Shown here: positions 37,791 through 50,090 of the stretch, one piece after another
Numbering within the stretch: position 1 is the first letter of the stretch
How the letters are laid out: every line of letters starts with the position of its first letter
Origin: Octopus vulgaris
Lineage: Eukaryota
DNA length: 64,000 nucleotides
Assembly: GCA_951406725.2 (NCBI GenBank)
Contig: OX597822.1
Span: forward strand, 113,708,001 to 113,772,000
Direction: 5' to 3'
Made by a program: the position numbers and the translations under genes
The notes under the pieces: model-generated
The model's input: the letters and a program-made list of their open reading frames with translations, nothing else
Told to the model about the DNA's origin: nothing
Databases searched by the model: none

Positions 37791-37849
<59 letters not shown>

Positions 37850-38268
37850 TTCTTATATGGATACACACTGTCGATAAGCTAGTAGCGGCTGTATTTGTCC
37901 TGAAATAATATCTCACGGGTTGTTGTGTTAAAAGCACAACAATAAATATCAGTGAGAGACGAAAATTCATCCCAGCAGCGTCCAGCGAGAACGTGAGATG
38001 CATTTCAGCTTTTGGGGTCCTTTTCAATAGTAGGTACTTGTAGCCATCCACAAGCTAGGCCGACAATTCGTCGTCTCTTACACAGGAAAATGTGAATAAA
38101 ACATTCACAGACGTTACGAATAGCCAGTCGGCTGAATAAAAATCCATTAAAACAGTTGTTAAAATAGCTATCTATGTATTATACTAAATGTATACTCACT
38201 GACAACTGGCCAGTTACTGCAATATTTATTCTAAGATGCGGCGCAACATGGTCCTGCGATATATATTC

Positions 38269-38322
<54 letters not shown>

Positions 38323-38353
38323 TATTATATATATATATATATTATATATATAT

Positions 38354-38403
<50 letters not shown>

Positions 38404-40094
38404 AGTCAGTAAATGGTGGGGTTGTGTTAACCGCACGCGGAGAAATGATAGGAGGGGAAAAATTATAATAAGGCAGAATGCTAAATTGAAAATGAATTCT
38501 AATAAAAATGGGTGTATGGAAAATTAAAAAAATATAAATAAAATTATAAATATATGTATATACACACACGCACACTCATATTATGTACATTATGTACCCT
38601 ATATTTTCATGTGTTTGTGTATGCATGTAGTGCATGTATGTATGTAGCGTAATGATAGTTTTTCAAATCGTTTTAAATTGTAAAAAATTGAAATCTACGC
38701 AACCCGAGTTTCCGTAAGAGCGTAATTACAGTCCGTATCCGGAAATAATGGTTGTACTTTACAATTTCTGTAAGTGCAAAATTCCGTGACCTGAGGTAGC
38801 CCTAACGCGGGGGTGGCACGCATGTATTTTTCTCTATTTCACTTACTTGGCAACTTAAACCAACAAGAAAACCTTCAAGTGATCTCTCGATAAAAGAATA
38901 AATTCTAGAAATAGCGACTAAATCACACATGAAATCACACCCTATCTATTAAAACAGAGAAGGACACATTGGATAATGTAACCTAAATTAGTTAAAAACC
39001 ACAAATTTGTCAACCATTGCCTATATTTGTAATATTTATAATTTATAGTGCGTTTATGATTTCTCGTATGTTAGGAATAATGCATGTTAAAGAATCCTTA
39101 ACGCACCAAAAGACAGAAGAGAGACCAGAGAAGAAACATAAAGCTGTTAGTAGAATATTTTTGCTAAGATCTTGCCTTGATTTTATTATAACGTACAGAG
39201 GACTTTTAAGACTGGTGGAACTGATTCGCCAGATTTCTTTTAATTTAGACGTTGAATAATATCAAACCACTGTGTAAACATTAAATATTTTCTCTTCTCG
39301 CTGTTTCAGTCAGAAATAAAACAATTCAGCGAAGAAAGACCAAAAATATATTCGCAAACAAGGTAAAGATGTTGGTTAATTGAAGAAAGGAATAAAAGTT
39401 GGCGGAACTAGCAGATGAATGGAGGTGGGGTGAAAGACAAAAGTAACACAAATGTGTATTTGTGTGAGAAAGCCAAAGAATAGGTCGGATCTCAGAAGAC
39501 AGCATCGTGTTTCTGGGATAATATATCGACGTAGCTATTGTTGTTCGACAGCCTTTTAAAATGACATTCTTGAAAACCCCTACCATTCCATCAAACACTC
39601 GGCAACTAGCTTCATTTCCGTCCATTGATCTGTCGTATATAAACACAGCTTTATTTTCTTTCTATTCTCCATTCTACAGATAATGTTATGCCGACACTTA
39701 CTCCCTGCTGTCAATGAATTTATCCTTCTTGGAACGGCAAGAATACGAGAATACGAAATATGGTAACGGCATTGCTTTTAAGTAAACATCTAAAAACGGA
39801 TCACACCAACCGTCCGTCCATTCCCACACAACTTAATACACATTACTGCCTCGGTGGTTGTAGAGTGATGTTGTGGCTTGTACCCACATTAGCCCAGGCG
39901 GTGCAGACTTATTATAAAAGGCATTCTAGCTGTCTTTTCGGGCATAATTTATATTACTCTATGTTGTCTTACATGTTCTTCCTTGTAGGATGTAGTTTAG
40001 TTGAAGAAAAGTGTGGCTGCTATTTTCAGCACGTCTAGTGACCGCGAAGTGTGCTGTATGTGAAGAGCTTCATAGACAAATATAAACAGATATA

Positions 40095-40359
40095 CAGTAA
40101 TCCCTCGCCATATCGTGTTTCACCTATCGCGGTTCACCTATCGCGGTTCACCTATCGTGCTTCACCTATCGCGGTTTATTATTTAAGCGTACGTCGATCC
40201 CTCCGGGGTGTTGTTTTGTACTTATAATAAGATAAATATATACAAATTATAAAGATAATTAATAAATATATACAGTACAATACTGTTTCTACTTCGCGGA
40301 TTTTCACCTGTCGCGGTGGGGTTTGGAACGTAACACCCGCGATAATCGAGGGATAGCTG
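40095..40359. mobile_element. Tigger/pogo-type MITE with a 14-bp internal tandem repeat
   Basis: TA-CAGTAATCCCTCG...CGAGGGATAGCTG-TA; ttcacctatcgcgg occurs four times at about 40119-40174. Confidence 0.7.
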
Positions 40360-40869
40360 TATTCAAATATAATACAAATATAATGTGTTTGTGATTGTGT
40401 GTCTATGTGTAAAAGTGTGTCTATGTGAATGTGCTTTTTTGCATGTATAAGTGTCTGTGTGTATGTGTGTGCATGTGTCTGTGTGTGTGTCTGTGCATGT
40501 GTATGTGTTCGTCGATTACAGAATGTGACACCTCATTCAGTCTTTTCCCAAATCTTTTCAACAGTTCCTGGGGAAATGGAAATATGGAGACACGTGGGGA
40601 AATAGATTGTTTTAGACTGCCATGCTCATCGTGGAAACCGATACAGCCTTGTGAGTGAGTGGATTTGGTAGACGGAAATTGAAAAAAGTCCGTCATATAT
40701 ATGTGTATATATATATTACGGAGATGTACTTGCATAGCAAGTGACCTGATCTGCGATCGTGTACTGAAACAAAAACAATTGCAGCGTGGAAGGTGTTTAT
40801 AAACCATTTAAAAACACAGAAAAACCGTTAGATTCACCTCAACATTTCAATTTAATCTGTCTAAATATT

Positions 40870-41234
40870 TTCCTTTCTACTCTAGGCACAAGGCCAGAAA
40901 TTTTGGGGGAGGGAGCCAATCGATTAGACAGACCCCAGTACGTAACTGATACTTAATTTGTAGATCCCAAAAGGATGAAAGTCGGCCTCGGCGGAATTTG
41001 AACTCAGAACGTAAAGACAGACGAAATACCTATTTCTTTACTACCCACAAGGGGCTAAACACAGAGAGGACAAACAAGGACAGACAAAGGGGATTAAGTC
41101 GATTATATCGACCCCAGTGAATAACTGGTACTTAATTTATCGACCCCGAAAGGATGAACTCAGAAAGTAACGGCTGGCGAAATACCGCTAAGCATTTCGC
41201 CCGGCGCGCTAACGTTTCTGCCAGCTCGCTGCCT
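40870..41234 (-). mobile_element. SINE family A dimer
   Basis: Family A head at about 41170-41234, unit junction at about 41030; a partial copy in the opposite orientation lies at 41266-41371. Confidence 0.8.
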
Positions 41235-41379
41235 TCAGCCAAAATATTTTCGTCGTTTTGAGACCGCGGCCTGGCAGTAACGTTAACACGACAGGCGAAA
41301 TGCTTCGCTGTATTTTGTCTGCTGCTACGTTCTGAGTTCAAATTCCGCCGAGGTCGACTTTGCCTTTCATTCAACCGAA

Positions 41380-42720
41380 TAGGACATAAGAGTTTTGACA
41401 GCTGGTCTTGAACAGTAACATAGTTCGAGGACTTCCAAATTTTGTAGCAACATAAATGAGTGCTCCTACTTTCAGTTACGGATTTTGAGCAGGAACAGCC
41501 GGGTGCTGAAGAGAATTGAGAATCTCTGTCGGATATCTGGCAGTATCGTTAACGTCAAAGTCGGCGTTGCCTTGAACCATCTGGATTGGGTTGCTACGTG
41601 TTGAATGATGGCGGTATTTGGCGGCGAGCTGGCAGAAACGTTAGCACGCCGGGCGAAATGCTTAGCGGTATTTCGTCTGCCGTTATGTTGTGAGTTCAAA
41701 TTCCGCCGAGGTCGACTTTGCCTTTCATCCTTTCGGGGTCGATAAATTAAGTACCAGTTACGCACTGGGGTCGATGTAATCGACTTAATACCTATGTCTG
41801 TCCTTGTTTGTCCCCTCTGTGTCTAGTCCCTTGTGGGCAATAAAGAAATAGGTATTTATATATTGCACAATGTCATTTTTGGAAGCCAGAATTGCACGTT
41901 CGCAAATTAAAAAAAAAACGCAGAACTGAAGACGCCTCCGAAAGGGAGGACGCCACGTCGAAAACGGCAAAGGAGTAGGGGCCGAAACCTCCTGATGATG
42001 TCTTTAGCCACTGGATCCTATAAAGGAGCTGTTGAGGTAGCGAACCACGTCGTTGGAATTCTTCCCATGATTTCTATAATTCTGTGACTCCCAACAGAAG
42101 TAAAAGCATTTTTTAATCTGTGAAACGAAACTTAGGTTGGTAGAAAGATTATATATTTCCTTTCGTCTCCGAATACAGAAATCTTGGAGGCATGCTCTCA
42201 ACTTAGTAGCAGGAATGCCTCTTGGAATAACTGGAAGATTTTGCTTAAATCACCAGCGAGCAAGACTGATTCCACACAGGAAGGATTAGCCTGATATACC
42301 CGTGTAAAGTATGACGAAGAGCCTTAAGTTTATTGTGTTCTCGTTTCATACTTTGCTTTCATCTGCTTCAAAACTTCTGTCAGTCCAGATTTCTTCCTAG
42401 TTTGCACACAACACTGTCACTGTGTGCAAGGTTGAGTGGTGACTTAAAAGTAGAAGGCGCAATTGTACCATCTGTTTCCGAAGTTGCTGTAATTTTAGAT
42501 GAGACCACTGCCGTATAACAATTTGGTTGAATGAATGAAATTGTTGACAAAATTCGGCCGATAAAAAAAAGTTTTTATGGTGCTCCACAAGAAACATCAA
42601 GCAAAACTTATTAATTCTACTCATCTGGAGCCAAGAGTCATTCATTTTGGTGGAAATACTGTTCCAGTGTTGAATAACAGCTGGTTGCTTGAAGGATCTT
42701 GTGACAGAGGGTGGCAGCAG
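41380..42720 (-). pseudogene. Helitron Rep-Hel PIF1-family helicase fossil, interrupted by a family A SINE (41620-41855)
   Basis: Collinear minus-strand motifs AVVSSKITAT..GTIAPSTFKSPLNLAHS, VLLAGD../LPVIPRGIPATKLRACL...LSTNL, ICERAILASKNDIVQYIN and RYPTEILNSLQHPAVPAQNP*LKVG match Helitron helicase motifs. Confidence 0.8.
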
Positions 42721-42960
42721 CAGTGCATACTACAACTAGCAATCCATGCAGTTCAATACCATAGCCTGCTATGATAGTATACCACTTGCAATGAAGATCA
42801 CTACTTCGTTATATATGGCAGGGATAAATATTAGGTGTGCATTTTCGTTTTAATTCTATTGCATGATACACGATGTCCATTCAAAATGTGACCGCGTGTG
42901 TACCGTTGGCGATTTTTTTTTCCTCCGTCTCCCCTTTCTTTGGATCTTTCCTTTTCCTTT

Positions 42961-42995
42961 GTTTCTGACGAAGAGCTCTGCTCGAAACATTAAAC
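42961..42995 (+). ncRNA. Minimal type I hammerhead motif (same family as 37690-37722)
   Basis: GTTT-CTGACGA-A-GAGC-TCT-GCTC-GAAA-C-ATT-AAAC, with a G>A change in stem III; 42888-43015 is homologous to 37665-37795. Confidence 0.65.
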
Positions 42996-43082
42996 CCTCC
43001 TTCTTTCCTTCTTTCCTGAGCGTCCAATAATACTATACTTGTTCCACGTCCTCGCGTTGTTGTGTTTTCTCTTTGTGTTTTC

Positions 43083-43284
43083 ATGATGTATGTATAATAT
43101 AGAAATTACATTGTGTATATATATATATATATATATATATAAGAGAACAAAGTGTACGTACGCCGCTCAGCCGAAATTGTGAGGATGATCCGGTTCTTGA
43201 CTGAAGATTAAAGGCTTCGAATGACCTGTCCGTGTTTTTTGTATCACCTAGTTGTCCGGATGTTTTGCGTTCTTGTTCCATTTC

Positions 43285-43357
<73 letters not shown>

Positions 43358-43500
43358 CGAAATGGAACAAGAACGCAAAACATCCGGACAACTAGGTGAT
43401 ACAAAAAACACGGACGGGTCATTCGAAGCCTTTAATCTTCAGTCAAGAACCGGAATCATCCTCACAATTTCGGCTGAGCGGCGTACGTACACTTTGTTCT

Positions 43501-43564
<64 letters not shown>

Positions 43565-43590
43565 ATAATTTCTATATTATACATACATCA
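43083..43590. repeat. ~500-bp near-perfect palindrome centred on (TA)n(TC)n(TA)n
   Basis: 43141-43285 is the reverse complement of 43358-43503 with about two differences; the outer flanks 43083-43108 and 43566-43590 are also inverted. Confidence 0.9.
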
Positions 43591-43812
43591 TATCGTATAG
43601 GTTTCAAAGGCCACCAATTTTAGTGGGAGGGGTTAGTCAATTTTAATTATTTGACCGACCACAGAAGGATGAAAAACAACTCCGACATCGGTGGAAATTG
43701 AACTCAGGAGGTTAGTCCGAGAAAATGGCGCTAATCATTTTGCCCGACACGCTAATGATTCTGTCAGCGCTTGCCACTACCTTACGCGTATATATATGTA
43801 TGAATGTATGTA

Positions 43813-43860
<48 letters not shown>

Positions 43861-44073
43861 CATATATATACACATATATAAATATACATATATATATGTA
43901 TATGCATATGTATACTTATATACATATGCATATATATATACATACATACATATATATATATATATAACCACGTGTATTACATATATACATAAACAGTAGA
44001 ATTTCGGCTTTCGAACAACTCTGATCACGAATAAATCATACTTATCTCCTGTCTTTCTCATATTCATTTAATA

Positions 44074-44131
44074 CAGTAGCACCTCGGCTTACGAATGCCT
44101 CTGATCACAAATAAATCGTGCTTTATATATG

Positions 44132-44194
<63 letters not shown>

Positions 44195-44241
44195 CACGAT
44201 CTATTCGCGATCAGAGTTGTTCGAAAACCGAGGTACTACTG
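44074..44241. mobile_element. Tigger-type MITE whose interior is mostly (TA)n; an extra solo TIR starts at 43994
   Basis: TA-CAGTAGCACCTCGGCTTACGAA...TTCGAAAACCGAGGTACTACTG-TA. Confidence 0.65.
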
Positions 44242-44318
44242 TATTATATGTATATATATATATATATATATCATATATATTATATATGTAACATATATAT
44301 ACATATATATACATATAC

Positions 44319-44378
<60 letters not shown>

Positions 44379-44840
44379 ACAAAATAACAATTAATAAATA
44401 AAACATATGCATATATACACACATATATGTACGTACCTACATCTATATGTATATATACATGCATATATGGGTACAGGACACCAAAAAAACGTCGAACACA
44501 ATGAGAAACTAAAACATAAACACAAAACCAAGGAAATGGACATTTTTCTTAAACAACGAAAAAACAGAGTACAAGACATACAACTACAAGGAACTTTCCC
44601 CTTCTTCAGCCGCCTCTGCTTCATCTACTCCACGTTTTATATTCATGATATACACTATATATTATACATATGGAAACTGTAACATGCATACGTACATACA
44701 CGCATGCATGCACATATAGCACACATGCAAAACTCGGTAACCATATATTTATATATATATATGAATGTATGTATGTATGTATGTATGTATGTATGTATGT
44801 ATGTATGTATGTATGAATGTACGTATATATATATGTGTAT

Positions 44841-44873
<33 letters not shown>

Positions 44874-45708
44874 CATATATATATACATATATATATATAT
44901 ACATATATATATACATATATATACATATATATGTATGTGTGTGTGTTTATCACATATAGAGAAAGACAGTGTGTAGAATATATGTATATAAAGGTATGTG
45001 TTTGAGTGTGAAGAATATACACTCATGCATACGCATACACGCACACGCACATATGTATGTATGTGCGTGTGTGTACGTATGTATGTATGTATGTATGTTT
45101 TTATGTATGTTTGTAGGAATATTTAGGAAATATACGAAATGCACAAGGAACAAAATGAACAGAACAAAATTATTGAAGATGCTGTAACATCATAGGGAAA
45201 TACAAAGCATAATTTTATATAACATCAATACAGAGAACATCTCAATGGATATCATATTTAACTATGCAAAAAATATCTCATATTTTTCTTGTTTTAGTCA
45301 TTACAATGCGGCTATGCCGAGGCAACTCCTTGAACAAGTTTTCGTCGAATGAATCGACCCCAGTACTTATTTCTTTAGGCCTGGGTACTTATTCTGCGGG
45401 ACGTAAACACACCAGCACTGGTTGTCAAGCAGTGGCAGGGAATAAACACAGACATAAACAAAGACACACTCACACACACATATATACGACGGGATTCTTT
45501 CGGTTTCCGTTCACCAAATCCAATCACAAAGTTTTAGTCAGCTCGAGGCTATGGTAGAAGACACTTGCCCAGGGTGCCACGCAGTGGGACTGAACCCGGA
45601 ACCATGTGGTTGGGAAGCAAGCTTCTTACCACACGACCACGCCGGTGCAAATATATAAAATATGTAAATATATAAAACATATTATACAAAATGTATTATG
45701 TATATATA

Positions 45709-45743
<35 letters not shown>

Positions 45744-45793
45744 GATAGATAGATATATACATATATATATATATATATATAGATAGTATGTAT

Positions 45794-45887
<94 letters not shown>

Positions 45888-45889
45888 AT

Positions 45890-45928
<39 letters not shown>

Positions 45929-45993
45929 TACATATATACATATATATATAGCATATATATATATACATATATATATATATACATATATGTATA

Positions 45994-46081
<88 letters not shown>

Positions 46082-46199
46082 TACACACACACACACACAG
46101 AACATATAAAGTTAACACAAAATTGTTAATTTCATTTACCTGTGATAGAAGACAGGTGAGTTTGATATTGTTGAGGCGTGGACAGAGGTGGGATTGATA

Positions 46200-46875
46200 A
46201 CTGGTCAACTTATGCTAGTGGAACTTTCTTTTTCCTTTCTATCCACCCGTAGAAGTCTGGTGAGACGGAGAGCGCACTGGTTCTTCAATATTATCAACAT
46301 GCCTAACAGCTCCAGCATGGTCGGGACCAACTGGCTTAAAGAATGAACCGAGGTTTGGTTGTTTGCTACTTAATGCTGTTTCCGCATAATGAGACCGCTT
46401 AAGACACTAAGATACTGGACACTAGTGTCTGTTGAGAAATCAGTGTACACAATGACTCCATAAATTGTTTCCATTGCCATCTTCTGTGTCTTCAAACCAG
46501 GTTTTGCCATTGTCTTCTGTGATATCTTTCCACCGCCTTCTCAAACTCCTTGCTTCGAATCAAACCGTATTCCAACTCCAGAATGTACGAAAGTGTTTTT
46601 TTCCTGTAAACACGGCCAGAGTGACAGTCTTCAGTACCTGCCAAGAAGTCGTTAAATTTATTGCAGACTTGAGACATGTTCGTGATGTTCCTCACGGCTT
46701 TGTGTTTTCGTGTGTCTTCCCTAAAATCATTCTCTTTCATCACTGAGAACTTTGTTCAAACATCTTCATCGGTGTAATCCGTTGAAGGCTACAGTGACAT
46801 CTTGATCCAGTGGCGAAACGGTCGATGTAATATTGGTTAGCAGGAACATGCAAATTTCTTGATAATTTATACACT
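46200..46875 (-). pseudogene. pogo/Tigger DDE_1 transposase C-terminal fossil
   Basis: CMFLLTNITSTVSPLDQDVTVAF resembles the FLPPNTTSLIQPLDQGVI motif; downstream frames are broken. Confidence 0.55.
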
Positions 46876-46997
46876 GCGAGAATAAAACTCGAAAAAAAAA
46901 CTTATAAAATACGTGAATACTGAACTCCGATTTCTTAGAATGGTTACAATGTACCAGTAACTGGTGAACTATATATTTCAAATTCAAGTAGATATAC

Positions 46998-47062
<65 letters not shown>

Positions 47063-47112
47063 TAAAAGAGTAAAAAAACTACAGAAGGCTTGTGTTATAA
47101 GGTTAAAAAATA

Positions 47113-47177
<65 letters not shown>

Positions 47178-47326
47178 GATATGTATTTCAGAGTAGATGT
47201 GCTAACCTCCCCCACTACCTCTAACTTTAAAAGATGCATATCGTCAACGTTGGCACGGTAAAAAAAAAAAAAACTTTAAAACGTTTCTTACATGTGTGTG
47301 TACATATATGTATATATGTACACATA

Positions 47327-47360
<34 letters not shown>

Positions 47361-47585
47361 TGCGCGCATACACTTTCATGAAGGACATAGACACACACGC
47401 AAACAGATGTGTGTTCAGCCTCAAGACGAGGTGAAATTTCTTACACGTGAACATTAAAAATAAATCTCATTCAAAAATATGAGAAAAAAATTATTAATAG
47501 ATTTTTTTTTCTTACACCAAGTTACGAGAACTTACACAAACCAACACCGATTATCAAGAAGTACGAGACGAACACTGAAATGCAG

Positions 47586-47626
<41 letters not shown>

Positions 47627-47641
47627 TATACAGACACACTC

Positions 47642-47676
<35 letters not shown>

Positions 47677-47866
47677 CGCACATATACAGACACACTCACA
47701 CACACACACACACGTGAGTGTGTGGTGTTTGTGTATGTGTGTGTGTGTTTGTATGTGTGTGAGAGAGAGAGAGAGAAAGAGAGAGCGTGTGTGTGTGTGT
47801 GTCAACCAAATTCACTCAGAAGGCACTATTCGGCATCTACCTTATATGCAAAGTAGCTTTGTGCAC

Positions 47867-47934
<68 letters not shown>

Positions 47935-48003
47935 ATATAGGATAAAAAAAATTTTCGGGAAAAAAGTTATCAATGGCCAGCATATCAAAAAATGCCTTTA
48001 AAG

Positions 48004-48042
<39 letters not shown>

Positions 48043-48059
48043 CGTATGTGTTTATGAAA

Positions 48060-48800
48060 CCTCTCTTCTTAACATTATAACAAACCAGTCTGGTTTTCTA
48101 TCAAATTCCTTGCCTCCCATTGTTACTCTTGAAGGAATATCGTTTGGCTCTAACTTAGCGGTTTTCAAGGACTGAGATTTCAAGGTTGACCAAATGCGTT
48201 AACCAAACAACAACAGTGCTATTTTCTATTCACAGCAATGTTTGATAGTAAAACAAAAGGGATTAACGAAATATTCAGAAGATAAATCTTGTTTAACCTA
48301 AACTTTACTGCTAAATTTCTAGGATTTGAAAACGTATACTATGTCTCTTGGAGTATCAGAATGATAAACAAGTAATGATTCCAGCTTTAAACCCCAAGTG
48401 CCATATGCCCCAAACAACAATGTCAGACGATCTTTCGCTGGTTTACACTCTGGTAATTTTTATTCTCTTTTAACATAAAAGTTTTAATAAAAATACCAGA
48501 CATTCATTTACCCTAAAAAATTAGAATAATGAATATTTACTTCTTTCTATAATGCTCTTCAATTGTTCTGGAAATTCCGTTGCAGGTTACATATCTCAAC
48601 ATACTGATTCCCCTGTTAAAGAATGGGGGTTAAACCGTTTCTTAGACCTTTAAAACCATCCAGGAAGAGCAACAAACTTTTGAGTGCCTTTGTAGCCAGC
48701 TTTTAAAAAATCTTAAGACTTTTACATTGGAAAGTAGCGAAAGACAGTGAAATATGCTCTATCCAAACACACAACAAAATTTCATATTCTCCAAGATTTT
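48060..48800 (-). pseudogene. Tigger/pogo transposase fossil (CENP-B-type HTH to DDE_1)
   Basis: KFVALPGWF*RSKKRFNPHSLTGES...ATEFPEQLKSIIE and KPAKDRLTLLFGAYGTWGLKLESLLVYHSDTPR match Tigger motifs GWF.RFKKR and KDRLTLL.G.NA.G..KLKPL..Y.S.NPR. Confidence 0.75.
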
Positions 48801-49549
48801 ACCACACGTACCATTTAATATAGAAGCGTTATGCTCACTAGAATTTTGCATAGTAAATCTTATTTTGTTCCATACATTCATAATGATTTTTAAGATTGAT
48901 AAGTGCTAATGATTCCACATCAACACTCTTTTTTTCACCTGTTCTTTTGATAAACTTTAGTTTGATATCTAATGATATTGCTTTACACTTACGGGACACG
49001 GGAGCTAATAAGAGTACTGAATTTTGTTTTAATTACAGTACGTTAAGAAATTAAGAAATTGTTATACTAGTAATAGGATGTAGCACATGTAAAAACTCCA
49101 GACTTCAAAAACAAAGTGTGACTGATTGATTGTTTTCTTCTCTGCGCCTGAATAAAGCAACGAGATGGTTCTTTATTAGGCGGTTCGTATTCAAGCAGAA
49201 AATTCCGAAAGTGAAGCAAACAATGAGAATGAGGAAAGGCTCGTGATTTTGGCAGTTGAATAGCAGCAATATTAAGCATTTCGCTAAGGGGCGAATTGGC
49301 AGAATCATTAGCACAGAGGGCAAAATGCTTAGCGGCATTTCGTCCATCTTTACATTCTGAGTTCAAATTCCGCCGAAGTCAACTTTGCTTTCAAACTTTC
49401 TGGGTCGATAAAATAAGTACCGGTTGAGCCCGAACTTGCTAGTCTGGTGTCAAAATTTGAAATCAATACAAGCATTTCGTTAAAACGAAGTTTCGTTCAT
49501 AAAGGTAACACAAAACGAAATACTTGCGTATATATGCATGAATATGTGT

Positions 49550-49609
<60 letters not shown>

Positions 49610-49655
49610 ACAAGTCAAGATAGAAAATGCTAAAATAATTTTATATAGAACACTT

Positions 49656-49693
49656 CAGTACCGGTTTCGGTCATTTTGAGACCTTTTCAACTG
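49656..49693 (-). ncRNA. Hammerhead motif with U3-A8 covariant core
   Basis: Minus strand: CAG-TTGAAAA-GGTC-TCAAAAT-GACC-GAAA-C-CG-GTA-CTG (palindrome ACCGGT). Confidence 0.6.
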
Positions 49694-49855
49694 TAACGAT
49701 TAAATAATTAAATTTAGAAAAATTAAAAGAAAAGTTTTTTTAAAGGAATATTTGTATAGTGTTCAAATATAAGGGGCATTTTCCTTGTTTCTGCCTTGCT
49801 CTGTCTCTTTTGTTTACACTTGTGGGTTCGAGGTCGTTGTGAATTCTTGGTAGGG

Positions 49856-49999
49856 AAGAAGAAGAAGAAGAAGGAGAAGAAGAAGAAGAAGAAGAAGAAG
49901 AAGAAGAAGAAGAAGAAGAAGATGATGATGATGATGATGATGATGACGATGTTGATGATGATGAAGAAGAAGGAGAAGGAGAAGGAGGAGAACAAGAAG

Positions 50000-50030
<31 letters not shown>

Positions 50031-50090
50031 CGATGATGATGATGATAATGATGATGATGAAGAAGAAGAAGAAAAAAGAGAAGGAAGAAT
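49856..50090 (+). repeat. Compound (GAA)n/(GAT)n microsatellite
   Basis: Direct reading of the sequence. Confidence 0.95.

Noticed and set aside
43195-43232. CTGAAGA...CGAAT in the palindrome arms as a hammerhead
   Set aside because: No convincing stem II and no GAAA in the right place.
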